Below the pieces are notes generated by a model. That model was not told the origin of the DNA and did no database searches. It saw only the letters and a list, made by a program, of their open reading frames with translations. Position numbers and translations under genes: made by a program. Positions 27,200 through 39,622 of a stretch of DNA of 64,000 bases are shown here, one piece after another; position 1 is the first letter of the stretch, and each line of letters opens with the position of its first letter. Where the stretch lies: positions 1,119,796 through 1,183,795 of the forward strand of contig NW_027192192.1 in the NCBI RefSeq assembly GCF_041956535.1, given 5' to 3'. The DNA comes from Calcarisporiella thermophila CBS 279.70. Taxonomy: Eukaryota > Fungi > Calcarisporiellomycota.

Positions 27200-27563
27200 T
27201 TAAGATGATATATCTACACACATATATTTATCTACACACAGCATTTCTTGGTTTATGATTGTTAGTTTTATTTTTATTTTTTTTTATTATTCTGCTGGTA
27301 ATCCTTGCCCACTCCCGCACTCTCGTCCTCTTTGTTCTATCTTCCTTTGCTTATTACGTCCTCTATTTTCTAAAAGGAATAAAATATATACAATGAATAA
27401 TCCTCACCTCAATAACAGCTTTGAATCAAAAATAATTGTATATGTAAAAAAGTACATCTACTCTAATAATTATACAACGATTGAAGTGATTATAGCAGGC
27501 ATACAAAGTTCTCTGAGGTAGAAAAGTAAACGACGTCAAGTGGATAACAAATGTAATTTAAGT

Positions 27564-30500
27564 TCAGAGGAAATCGGACTTGAGCTCCCATTCCCCTTTT
27601 GTTACTTCGCAAGCAAGCGCCTTTAAATAAGCAACTATCTCCTGGCCGCTCGCAGCATTGTTGAATTGCGCTCTGATGTCGTCGACATGGGTGCGACCTC
27701 CTCTCTCCACCATAAACTCACGTATTTGTAATACAAGAGTCTCACGGTCGCCTATATCTTGGGATGCAGCAGGGGAAAGAAGAGATTCTGCAACTCCTGA
27801 GCTATTTTTCTCCGCTAAAGCGCGCTCACGCATTCCAGCCAAGAGTACACTAGAGCTAACTCCTCCGCGATTGCTTGGTCCTTCTCGCAGAAATCCAGAA
27901 ATCGTCCCGCTCCCAAAGCGTGACCTGTTGGAAGTCGAGGCTGCAGCTGAATTCGCTGCCGGAGTAGCGCTAGGTTTCTGCCCGAAGCGTGGAGACGAGG
28001 AACTCAGCTTAGCCGGTGAGTTTTGACAGGCATTTTCGAGAAGGGAGCGAGGGGCGCCTGCCGCCCCGTAACGCCCTGTCCAAGTAGGAACACCGACAGC
28101 CAATTGGTTGCGTTGACGGCGAGATTCTCGTAAGGCTGACAGGGCTCGATTTGCGACTCTCTCAGCTATATTCACCGTGCAAAAGTTAATAATTAGAAAA
28201 GAAATAAAGAGCTAACCAATGAACATTTTAACCTTCTTTCTCCACAATCACATCTTCTTGATGATGCGAATCCATAATCGCATCATGTTTTAATGCACTT
28301 TGTATCCCAGTCATCTCAAATAAGTTCTGCAAAATCCGATCATCCGCGTCCACTTCATCATTTATCGGTTGCTTGGTATCCGCAAAAGTGTGTCCATCAG
28401 TAGGTCTTTCCTGTTCGTCGGGCGGACGACTAATAATAATTTAATATTAGAAACTTTAAATTGAGAAAGTGTGAAAGTCCTTACTATTTTTCCACTCCAG
28501 CTACATCATCAATTGCTTGCAAATCTCGTTCATCGTCCTCTTGGGGATTTCGCTTTTTTCTTCGTATTTTCTTTTTTCCTTCGCTTTTAGGGCGAATTTC
28601 CGATCCTTTGAATAAATTTCCGGTTTCTGTAGTGCTATCGTTTGCAGCTAATGTGAAAAGATCTCGAAGATCATGCGACTATTGAAAAAACACTCAAGGG
28701 TCAATTCACTGTGACCGCGTTGGTTTCCATAACAAATCAGGATCAAATATATTGGACATACCCTAAAAAATCGTTTCTGCTTTGGGTCCTTGAGGATCTT
28801 ATTGGTAAGAAATTGCTTAAATATCTGTCGATGGTATATCTTCTCCTCAATGGTTCCCGAAGTCATCAAGCGGTATATCGTTACATCACGTTTTTGTCCA
28901 AGCCGCCAAGCGCGTTCTCTAGCTTGAACATCGGTGGAAGGATTCTGGATGAGAAGAGGGAGTAATATCAACACAAGGAGCAAGTTTTTTTTTCCTTTTA
29001 ATGTCCCAGTGCTTACCCAATCTGGATCAAATATTATCACTCGATCTGCACCAGTCAGGTTTACCCCTAATCCGCCTACCTTCGTCGTCAGTAGGAACAC
29101 ATATACACTTTTATTTGCGTTAAACTCGTTGACAAGAGCCATGCGATTCTGAATTGGAGTAAGCCCGTCCATGCGCCGGTAAATATATCCTTCTTCTCGA
29201 ATAAATTTCTCGAGAATGTCTTGCATTTGACGGGTCTGGGAAAAAAGTAGCACACGATGATTTTGCTGTTTCCATAATTGCAGAAGCGCCTTGACTACAA
29301 GCATCTTTCCGGATTTCTTATAATCGCCATAATTAGGGTCCTAGGAGTACGGAGAATGGTGTCACCATGGTTAGTGGATTTTTAGTTGCAACAAAACATA
29401 TTTGATATTTACGTTTTTTCCTGCCTCACGCTGGAGAATATCAGGGTGGTTGCAAATTTTTCGTACTATATCAATTCCAAAAAGCACCTGTCGTCGTCCT
29501 TCCATGATCGCGTCCATTTCCTTGCTTTTAAGAAATTCCTCATAGGCTCGACGCTGATATGTAGTCAGTCGGCAAAACAGGACTTGCTCCGTCTTTTTCG
29601 GTAAATCGGCCGCGACATCAGCCTTCATCCGCCTTAGCAAATACGGGTTGATAAGATCCCTGAGGACGACAGCACATTTATATGCTGTTTGTACTTGTAC
29701 ATTGCTCGCATTTGCGTAACCTCCCAAATTAATTGGAATCGAAAATTGGTTCTGGAAAACTGGTAGGGTACCCAGCCGACCTGGGAACACGAAATCGAAG
29801 AGGGACCACAACTCTGTAAGACTGTTCTGAATCGGCGTTCCAGAAAGTATTACTCGATGAGGAGTTTTGAATTGTTTGCAAGTCAACGCAATATCTGAAT
29901 CAGGATTCCGAATTTTATGCCCCTCATCAAGCACGGCATATGCCCAGCGACGGGGAAGAAGTTTGTCGCGATGCTGTCGTACTCCTGAATAGGTCGTCAC
30001 AATAACGTGGCCATCAGTGCATATTTTATCAACAATTCCCTTTGCCTTGCGATGACTCTTGGGATTAATTCGGTTCGGCTTTTCCTCTGTTTCAGATACA
30101 TCGTCCTCGTAAGATTCATCCCCACTTCCTACCTTCTTTTCACCACTGAGCGCCAACATCCCGCTACCACTGGAGTGCAGGACAGCTACTCGCATTGGTG
30201 GCCACCAATTGTGGAACTCTTTTACCCATTGCTTCATGATAGTAGCTGGACATACAATAATTACGGGACCCTTCAGCAGTTTTGAGTAAAAAAGTCCAGC
30301 CAGGAATGAGATGATCTGAACAGTCTTTCCGAGACCCTTTTGGAGTAAATTGGGTTGAGTTTCTTAATTTCTGCAATTTCATAAAGGGGCATGTTGGTGT
30401 TACCATTTCATCTCCAATGATACCACCTGCTTTTTGGCGGTGTAATTCCCATAGCCATCGTACGCCTAGTGAAATAACAGTATAGTTGAGTAGAGATTAT

Positions 30501-32108
30501 TGAGATTCAGATATCACTACTTACAAGTCTTTTGGTAGTCAAATAGGTTCGAGTAAACATCTCCGGGTACGCGAAATCCATCATCGAAGATAGCATCATC
30601 TTCAGATGGGTGAGGTGCATGGAATTCAGTTTCAGGATCGAAATCTTCGCCCAAACCGGCCTCCTCAATTTCTTCATCGTTGAGTTCATATGTGGCTAGC
30701 TTGTCAAGCTAACAGAGCAAAATCAAGTCGGTTATCAAGAACTTTAAATATATATCATAAATGGGAATATTTACATGATTTAAACGCCAACGAAGTAGCT
30801 TTCTTTTCCGTGCCCAGGATTCTATCCTTGATAGATAAATAGTTTCGTCGCCATCATCCTGATATTCAGGCTGGTATTTTTGTCTTATTGACGATCCTAC
30901 ATTCGCCGTACTAAAATCGCTCAATTCGTCATCCGGCAGGTCTCCCTCCGTTTTCGGTTCATAATCCTCTTCCGAAAGCTCAGCATCTCTCAATTTTTTT
31001 CTCACTATTGAAGAGTCTGAAATGGACTCTTCCTCTATATGACTTTCTGAGAGGTTAACACCGTCGATCTCTCTTATGTCATTAGAGGTGTCAAAATCAT
31101 CTAAGCTGTCCGTATTGGTATCGACAGAAGAGTCTGCATGATTGGGCTTTGACCTTTGTATAATGCGACGTCGGCTCGAAGGACGCTGTTCGGAAATGCT
31201 AAAATCTAGGGTTGGCCGCTTGAGATTTCGGTGAGAAGTCGGTTGTGAAATAAAGAGATTCGGTGTGGCAGCGGAACCCTCTATATCATCCATGCGATCA
31301 AATGGAGTAATTTTCCCAGTTCTAATCAGGTAATCGCGGACAGATTCATTAGGAGCACGAAGGTTATTTTGAATCGCTATGGAAGAGAACGTCGTTGTTA
31401 CATATCGCTAACATGAATAGATAAGAAGCGACAATTTCTACCATTCGGATCAGAGTTTTGGAGATTCTTTTGTCGTTCCGAGATGCGTTTCTTTATGTCT
31501 TGCTCATCTTGCTTAAGATCATTCAAGTCTTTTGCCTGCATTCATATAAGTGAGATGTGCAACAAAAATATAGCGAAATCGCTGTGTTTCTTACTAGAGA
31601 AACAATTCGCTCTCGTATTTGATCTTTAGCTGTGGATTTGGTTTGAGGACTGCTCAGCTGAGTCCTCAGTTGTGAAAGCTGATGCAGAATTTTGCTGTAA
31701 TGAAATAGAGTCCATAAATTAATCCATTCTCGAAAATTTTCTCTTGATCATATAGATGATAAAAACCTCGATTGCGTTTGTGTTTTCTTCAATCTCTTTC
31801 TCTCAATTTCATCTTCGCGTTCATTGATCTCACGATCAGCCTTTTCGACAAATTTGTAAGAAATCAATTAGTAAATCCAGGTAATGCCACAATGAAAAGG
31901 CGGGCATAAAAATATTCAGGAGCAGGAGAGATACCTTTGACATAAGATCTCTCTCAAGTACATCCTGATCAACGATCCCTAAACTGAATTTAGATAAGCT
32001 GCTTTCGGCAGCCAGCGTCGTATTAGAGGAGGGGTGCTCGGGTACATTTTGGGAATCAATGGAAACTTGTCCATTTGAATTGACAGATGCATCAGCTTCC
32101 ATGTTCAT
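27564..32108 (-). CDS. RAD26: SNF2-family transcription-coupled repair ATPase Rad26/CSB (ERCC6), multi-exon
   Basis: [97 protein letters not shown]. Confidence 0.95.
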
Positions 32109-32371
32109 CTATCGAATGCAATGGAAAGAAAACTAAAGTTCCTTAAATCCTTAATATCACTTAATGTATGACACCAAGTGACGCGGTTGTGACTGTATTT
32201 GTGACTGCTTAGTTTAAGAAGTTATTAGACTGTCTTTGGCGTAATTTGTTCAACGAGACATCCACGTCCATAAAAGGCGACCCTCTCTCCACTTATTTCC
32301 CCACGCTATCGTCTTTTTCACTCGCTACTCTTCATTCGATTCCACTCGGAAAGAACCTCGACTGATTAACC

Positions 32372-32732
32372 ATGGACAAGAACAAGCAAGGTATAATGTG
32401 GAAATCCCTTTTCCTGTCGCCTAAACTGATGGCACTTATGTATGTAATTATAGAAGAATTTCGTCGTTTTAGCGACGAAGTATCTAATACGATGCAACCT
32501 GTAACTACGGAAGAGCCTGTAAGGACTTCAATATTTTGTCTTCTCTCGACTCTACCTTTCTTACCACATATTCTTCTTAACCTTCTAGCAATCTATGCCT
32601 CTATCGGAGAGCCAAAATACGGGTCTACAAAACAATGACGATTCTGGGGAGCGTGATAAAAACATCGCGCGACGTCTAAGTGATCACATCCGTGAAAATG
32701 TTGAATTTGCTGAAGATGGGTTACTTCTTTAG
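32372..32732 (+). CDS. Small three-exon hypothetical protein (about 76 aa)
   Basis: GT-AG splicing gives MDKNKQE|EFRRFSDEVSNTMQPVTTEEP|QSMPLSE...RRLSDHIRENVEFAEDGLLL* in frame. Confidence 0.6.
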
Positions 32733-33585
32733 CTACCAAATCGAGAACTCTGTATGAATAATGACACAGTATAGTATAGCTTTCACGATTCTACCCATTC
32801 GTAGTATAAGTACATAAATGTATATAAGTTTTTATTTCTATTGTTTAAAATGACTATTGTGCTCAAATCTACCATAATAAATATTTTACTTACTCAACTC
32901 AACATTTTCAAACACAACTTGAAAAATTCAGGCATGTGCAAGTACACTCGGATATCTTGTTGAATATTTATCGTATCTCGATAACTGTTGTGCATTAGTA
33001 TGGGTGCTATATAAAGAGAATGCTATTGTGTCCTCTATTATTCACCATCCCCACGGCGCTTACCGCTAATTCAATAGAAAGCATACACTCTCCTTAATTG
33101 GGATCCTATTAAAATGGGGTTTATTTCGTTTATACTTTGTCTATATTTAATACCATTTGATGCTCAACACATTTTGCTCTAACGTCCTCTCTATCCCCTG
33201 TATAAGTATTGAACCTTGACTATTCAAAAAACTTTGCCTAAGTTTGACGTTAACAATTTCTAAACAGCCCAATCAACTCGAAATACAATGTGATGGCACA
33301 TAGTTGATTATACAGTCACAAATCTACAGTTATCATTGGAACCTGATATTAAAATTGTGTAGCTCAAGTTACATTAGAGCATAGCGGCAAAAACCATGAT
33401 AGCTTTGGAGATCAAGTTCACTCATTTTATGTTCTCAACTTCTACCAAGCCAACTCGGTAGAACTAGAAATTATCAAAACCATTGCTTGATTGAAATTAA
33501 CAATGCGGTGTATGTCTCTAAAGAATTAACATTTTACATTCGTTTCGATTGCAATAACCATTGAAATGTCTATTAATATTGACCT

Positions 33586-35135
33586 TTGCAATTAGTTAAA
33601 TTCCCTCATTCAAATCAAGAAAGAAAGAAAGTGCCTACAGCAGTCCCACAACCTATTCAGTCTAATAGTTCCTATCGGGAAAACACCACAGGTTCTTTGC
33701 GACACTTATCAATAATGATATCCAACAAGTTCAATTCTACGCTGAATCTGCCAAATTTCACGAGAGGTCAAGATAACCACCTTGCCCAGACCAATCCTCG
33801 AAAGTTGCGTGTCTCGTTAATGCCGTGGAAATCTAGAGTTGAAGAAAGACCCCAAAATGACGAATATATTATGTTAATTGACAGAGGAAATAGAGCTCAT
33901 GTAGAGACATGTAATATTCTCACGGAGAACAAGCTAGTGTGGAAATCTGATGCATTAAGGCAAAAGAATGGAGATGGGAACAAAAATGGCCGGCTGCATT
34001 CGGGTAAGTGGGATGAATTAGCGTCGCAGGAAGCCAAACAAGATAAGGTTGATTAGAGCTCAGCAATTTGAAATTCTTGAGATCCTTGGTGTTTAATATA
34101 GGATTGATTGTTTTAAAGCAGATTGAACTTTCGCAGACATTGAGAGGGTATGGATGGAAAATATTAGTCGGTGTAGATAGTTATTATCAAGCAGGATTAT
34201 ATGAGGTGAGGATTGTTGCAGTGTATTTTGATAGAGCTATTGGAGATGAACGCATTGCATTTGCAATTAGGAATTATTAGTCCAAGAACGTACCAAGCTA
34301 GATATTCAGATTATAAATGATCTAAATGTTTGGTTTCGGGGTGAAGAGCAAGAACTGAAAGGGATTAAATTCGAACGCCTTGCAGATGTTCTTATCGCCT
34401 ATTCTCACTATAGTTCCGACTTTGTTTGTAGCCGTGATATTGTAATTCTCCTTGCTCTTATGTTGCAGTATTTACCAGCTGAGGTATGTATACAGTTTCT
34501 TCGGAGCAATTCAATTTTTCTAACTTGTGGATAATTAGGATACCTTTTGGTTATTTGTTGCAACTGTCGAAAATTATCTACAAGATCTCTACTCCCATAA
34601 CTCCCGTCGGCTCCAAACCGAGGCAAACCTCTTCGGTAATCATTTACGAGTACGCTCTCCTAACCTAGCCAACCATCTTATACACAACAACATTGAACCG
34701 GCCAACTTTGCAACCCATTGGTTTGCCTCTGGCTTTGGCGAAGTATTCTCTAGTGAAAATGCTGCTCGAATATGGGATGTTTTCTTTTTGGAGGGCATAG
34801 AGGTGTGGTTTCGGGTGGGGATGGAGATTTTGCAGGAACTTGAGCCGTTACTTTTCCAACTGAATAGCCAGGATTCTATAGTGAGCACTCTATTGCATCC
34901 TCCGTTAGAACCTGAGCAGATTGAAACAATTATTGAAACCATACAGCCTGGAAGAGTTGGGTTTAAGACGCTTGACAAGCTAGCACAGAAATACACGAGA
35001 GCAAAACCACAAGACTTAGCTTTCAAAGAGGAAGCTACGAGGAATGAAACCATCGCTTCACAAACTTCGAATTGGCTTCATTTGGGTATGTGGGGCGCGG
35101 TGGACAAGATGTTACAATCGCGATTGGGAAACTAA
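33586..35135 (+). CDS. TBC (Rab-GAP) domain protein, divergent, multi-exon (start uncertain)
   Basis: LRGYGWKILVG, LADVLIAYSHY, PAEDTFWLF, PNLANHL...FATHWF...ARIWDVFFLEG. Confidence 0.8.
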
Positions 35136-35344
35136 TTCACCTTGTACCGATATCTTAAGAGATAACAGATATATGTATATTTTCTCACAAACTTGATTTG
35201 TTCTTATCAAAAAAAAAAAGCAAAACGAGAGTGAATAGAAATTAGAAAAAAAAAACAATCGAACGAGGAAATAGATACTATATTACACACGATTGTATAG
35301 GAATTCTCTATATACAAGTATAAAGAATAAAGTGTAAAATGAAA

Positions 35345-36697
35345 TCACTCTTCATCCATTGCCAATTCATCTTCTTCTTCTTCATCCTCATCGACTTCGC
35401 TTTCACCTCCACCCTCACCTTCTACAACCCCTCCAAGCGTCTCTCCAATCTCCCCTCCAGCCTCCGATTCTTTTTCATCCTCCTCTCCGCTATCGCCATT
35501 GGATTTTCGATCTTCATTCTCGCTCTCCACATCAGAATCATATTCCTCGGGAATATCTTCATCTTCCTCGTCCGGGACAAAATCTTCGTCATTCACATCG
35601 TCATCGTCGTCCTCCATGGAATAGCTATGTACAGACTGCATGCCTGCCATTTCATCTTGATTTTCAGCGCGTCCCTTTCCTTTCCCGGTAGCCACTGCCT
35701 TCCCCTTCCCTTTATTCATGTCTCTTACGTCCACCTGTCTAAGCTTCTCAGAGAGCGACGCATCTTCATGCTTTGTTAGGTATCTATCCACATTCTCAAA
35801 CTCTGCTTGTTCAATCATTTCAAACTCTAGCTGAATATCGGACCCAGTAGGGGAACCTAGGGCGCGTCTATCCTCATGTAGTTGGATAGTGAGATTGAAT
35901 GTGCGTGCGGTGACACCGTGATATGATTTAGATGCAATGTCTTCTGGACGGATAAGAAGAACAGGTTTGCGGAAACCAAAAAATAGGCCTTGAGGAAGAA
36001 AAAAGAGATAGCCATCGCGTGCACGGAAATAGGTTTGAACGTACGAAGCGGGGGTGCCGTCGCGCAATCGTTTTTGAGCCGAGAAGACGGATGGATCCGG
36101 TAGGCCAATGCTCAGATTTGCGAAATGCTGTACCGCTCTGCATACATGCTCCATCGGAGAGGTCTCGCCGATTTGATTAAAAAGCGGATCACTGCAGGAG
36201 ATCTTTACATTATTGCCGAAACCAAACACCAGGCTATCGTCCCCCGCTCTATTAAATAAACACATTGTCCAGTGCGCTGCCTGCTTGTCAGGGGTTGGAA
36301 CGCAAATTCCCTGTTCAAGTGCAGCCTTATCCATCCGCCACTCGATCTTCTCCCCACTAGATACTTGCACTTCTATTCGTGTTGATGTTATGACTATGTT
36401 TGCTTTTTTCCGAAAGGGGCTTTGGACACTCATGTCTTGCAGCGTGCACAACGCTTGTTCTGATAAAATAGTATCTCCACCGTTTTTACCTTCATCCTGA
36501 TTTTCAAGTTTTCGTTTTTTGCTAAGTGCAATACCATTCACTTCGGTGCGTGATTGAAAGTATGCGATGACACGTTCAAATAAGGGAAGGGCATCGGCTC
36601 TTTGTGTGATGAAATTCTTAACATCATCACGCAGCACCTCATCGTAAATGGCATTTAAAAAGGAAGGGACATTCAGTTGGGTGGTGTCGTCTGTCAT
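35345..36697 (-). CDS. RTT106: Histone chaperone Rtt106-like (double PH domain plus acidic tail)
   Basis: SVQSPFRKK, RARDGYLFFLPQGLFFGFRKPV, VTARTFNL, EFEMIEQ and a long acidic C-terminus. Confidence 0.88.
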   Translation of the reverse strand: MTDDTTQLNVPSFLNAIYDEVLRDDVKNFITQRADALPLFERVIAYFQSRTEVNGIALSKKRKLENQDEGKNGGDTILSEQALCTLQDMSVQSPFRKKANIVITSTRIEVQVSSGEKIEWRMDKAALEQGICVPTPDKQAAHWTMCLFNRAGDDSLVFGFGNNVKISCSDPLFNQIGETSPMEHVCRAVQHFANLSIGLPDPSVFSAQKRLRDGTPASYVQTYFRARDGYLFFLPQGLFFGFRKPVLLIRPEDIASKSYHGVTARTFNLTIQLHEDRRALGSPTGSDIQLEFEMIEQAEFENVDRYLTKHEDASLSEKLRQVDVRDMNKGKGKAVATGKGKGRAENQDEMAGMQSVHSYSMEDDDDDVNDEDFVPDEEDEDIPEEYDSDVESENEDRKSNGDSGEEDEKESEAGGEIGETLGGVVEGEGGGESEVDEDEEEEDELAMDEE

Positions 36698-36993
36698 TTG
36701 AAAAATCTCGCGTTTTTAGATTAAATTACGACGATCAAAAAATAAAGTGATATTCAAAAGTAAAATTTACAAAGTGGCGATTGAAACTCTGTGCGTCGTC
36801 ACCAGAAGACGTCAGCAAAATTAATAAAGGGGGGTTTCAGAAAATGAATTTTCATCGGTGCAAATTCGCCACTCTTGCGCGCCTCGAGTATTCTGTGAAC
36901 TTAAGTTTCTTTTTGACAACCCAGCCCACCGGAGAACATTAAAAATAGGCGGGTCGTTTTAATGTTGTATTAATGCATTAAATTCTCTTTAGA

Positions 36994-37838
36994 ATGTCTA
37001 CAAAAGGGGCCAGTGTTTCTCCATTACCGTCAAATCAGAAAGATAATCCGAATTCAACTCCTCTCGGATTACTTGCTAATGCTGCCTCTATTGCTGCCGT
37101 TGCCACTGCTTCAAATCATTCTTGCACTGTGTCAACTGCCTCTTCCTCAACTTACACTCCCATTCACTCTCGCAGTCTATCGTCATCCCTAGTTATAGTC
37201 CCACCCACAGTCAACCGGCCACGCCAGGACCATGTCTCTTCCACACCCTTGACCATTTCAACTTCCATGAGAAATGGACTTTTCACAACGCTACGGTTAA
37301 ATACGCCCGCCCATGTGAAAAAGAATGCGAGCGATAAGCAGTGGATATGCGAGCGTTGCGACCTCACTTTTGCTAGACAGCATAACCTTAAATCCCATTA
37401 TCTCACGCATTCAGATGAGCGACCTTTCAAGGTACCGAGCAATATATTCTAATTTACTTCTCTTTAGCTTTAAACTAACATTTGGGTGATGTGTAGTGTC
37501 AGCAATGCAAACAAAATTTTCGGAGACAACATGATCTCAAACGGCATCAAAAACTCCATACTGGTGAGCGGCCATTTAAATGTCCAGTGTGCGAGCGCTC
37601 CTTCGCGAGACTCGATGCGCTAAATCGACACTTAAGGACGGAAGGGAGAAATGCCTGTGTACATCGAGGGCCGAGAAGGGAAGGGAAAAAAAACACGTTA
37701 GACAATGTAGCAAAATTGTTGCCTAGACAAAGGACCACTCCTGCACAGACAGTCTCGATAAAATCCAATGTTACAGATATTGAATTTTCCTCTGTGAATA
37801 GTGGCAATCCTATGCATGTATCTTCACTGTTAATATGA
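36994..37838 (+). CDS. C2H2 zinc-finger transcription factor (3 fingers), one intron
   Basis: CERCDLTFARQHNLKSHYLTHSDERPFK|CQQCKQNFRRQHDLKRHQKLHTGERPFKCPVCERSFARLDALNRH. Confidence 0.9.
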
Positions 37839-38053
37839 TATTGGCAAATATATAAGTGTGTGTTTGGGTAGCAGTTGAAGTGACTGTAATAACTTGTCAT
37901 ATTTTCATGGAGGTAGTCAAGCTCTGGTTGGAAGATGCGATAGTAAAAGGAATTACATTTAAACATGGTAGCCATAATAGTAAAAACAAAAAGAGTATAA
38001 GTACAAGCTTACAAAAAATCTTCTTGAAAAAAATACTGAAGTATGCTCGACAA

Positions 38054-39622
38054 CTAAAAGGAAGTAGAAAGCGCCTCTGAACTTAAAAACTCTATAGATG
38101 AGTCCATATCCTCCTGTTTTTCCATCACGAACTCGGGGAAATAATCAGAACTCCAAGCGAGCTGCGGATCTAACGACAGGGGCGATGTCGAAGTGGTAGC
38201 CGGCGACGCATGGGTTGCAGTTGGAGTGGAGGCAGAGGTAATAAGCCCAAGCCCAATTTCCTCTTGACCCCAGTGATCCAACTTGGAAGGAACCCCGCAG
38301 CTAGTAGATAACAAAGGTGTGGCCGAAAGCGATGGAGAAATGGTGGAGAACGAAGAGACTAAAGGCGAGGACATGAGATCATTTGGAGATGTTGAGAGTA
38401 GAGCCATAGCGTTCGTATACTGGTCCAGCTCTCCAAGCACGATGCTAGCTGGAGTTCCATCGAAACTGGCGACCGATACAAGATCGCTATGACTGCGGAG
38501 CCATTGCAAAATCTGTTGCTTAAGGTGCATCCCTACACCTCGCATAACATGTCGTAAGCATACTGTAGCCTGCTTTCCTTCTGTAAAATCACCACAGGCA
38601 ACCCATTCGCTCTGTGTATTGCTACGCTTCTCCATCTCGAATACAGGGCCTTCTTTCAAATCGATCGCCACCTGGGCGAATGCAGGATCCAAGGATGTGT
38701 ATTCAATATTGCGTACTGCAGAGTGGGGGAAGGTCATGCGAAATTGGTGTGCATTGTCTGCAATGCGCCAAGCACAGCCGGTAGCAGTGTGTTCGCAGAC
38801 CAAGTCATTGGGTTGAATAAGCATGCGGCGCCAAGTTCCGATTGTGAGCGTGTCACAAGTAAAAGTGAACCGGTCGGGGTCCGCAGCCGCATCGTTGGGA
38901 GGATGGGCGTCAGTTGGAGTGATTAACGGCGAAGGATGGCCAAACATTGGGGATCCCTCCAAGGGAAGTGGGCTGACCGGAGCCCGCACTCTGTTAGGGA
39001 TCAAGCATGGCCTCCCTTGCTGCAGCCCTCTGTCTCGAGCCAGCGGCATTCTTCCACCCGTATAGGGGAAATATCCTGGAGAATTACCACCAGCACCTAT
39101 TCCACTTCTACCGCTTCCCAGATGAGCTCCTCCACCGTTTGCCATTGCAGCCAGAAATTGCTGAGAGCGCAATGCTTCTTGCTCAGCAAGAAGGGCTCGC
39201 TTGTGCAGCAGTTTGTTTTTAGCGCGGCGATTTTGGAACCAGATTTGTACAGAACGCTCTGACATTCCAAGTCGCTCTGCAAGCATCTCCCGGATTTTGG
39301 AGTTTGGTGAAGAGTTTGTGGCGAATACATCTTCAAGGACGGCCAGCTGTTCTGGAGAGGCGCGTGTACGTTTACGCTGAGGAGGAAGCTTAGGGGTAGA
39401 GTCTGTGTCCTCTTTATCACTGGAATAAGAGGGGGTGGGCGTGCCTCCATATGTCTTTAGGAATGGATACGGGAAAAGCCCAGAGCTACCCGAAGGCTGT
39501 TGGTGGTAGGGTGGAAAGGGTGTATTGGGCGTGGTGGGAGAATGAGTAGTATCAGAGGGCGACAGAGCTTGGTTATCTGTTGGAGAAGGGGATAGAGGAG
39601 CAACTGCTGAAGAAGATTCCAT
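38054..39622 (-). CDS. Homeodomain transcription factor (Phx1/Pah1-like)
   Basis: RKRTRASPEQLAVLE...ERSVQIWFQNRRAK plus the conserved downstream domain LTIGTWRR...W..C.DFTEGKQAT..RH. Confidence 0.92.
   Translation of the reverse strand: MESSSAVAPLSPSPTDNQALSPSDTTHSPTTPNTPFPPYHQQPSGSSGLFPYPFLKTYGGTPTPSYSSDKEDTDSTPKLPPQRKRTRASPEQLAVLEDVFATNSSPNSKIREMLAERLGMSERSVQIWFQNRRAKNKLLHKRALLAEQEALRSQQFLAAMANGGGAHLGSGRSGIGAGGNSPGYFPYTGGRMPLARDRGLQQGRPCLIPNRVRAPVSPLPLEGSPMFGHPSPLITPTDAHPPNDAAADPDRFTFTCDTLTIGTWRRMLIQPNDLVCEHTATGCAWRIADNAHQFRMTFPHSAVRNIEYTSLDPAFAQVAIDLKEGPVFEMEKRSNTQSEWVACGDFTEGKQATVCLRHVMRGVGMHLKQQILQWLRSHSDLVSVASFDGTPASIVLGELDQYTNAMALLSTSPNDLMSSPLVSSFSTISPSLSATPLLSTSCGVPSKLDHWGQEEIGLGLITSASTPTATHASPATTSTSPLSLDPQLAWSSDYFPEFVMEKQEDMDSSIEFLSSEALSTSF

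Noticed and set aside
25881-36697. NAP1, RAD26 and RTT106 within 11 kb as a possible chromatin gene cluster
   Set aside because: Interspersed with unrelated genes; no shared regulatory signal seen; chance adjacency is sufficient
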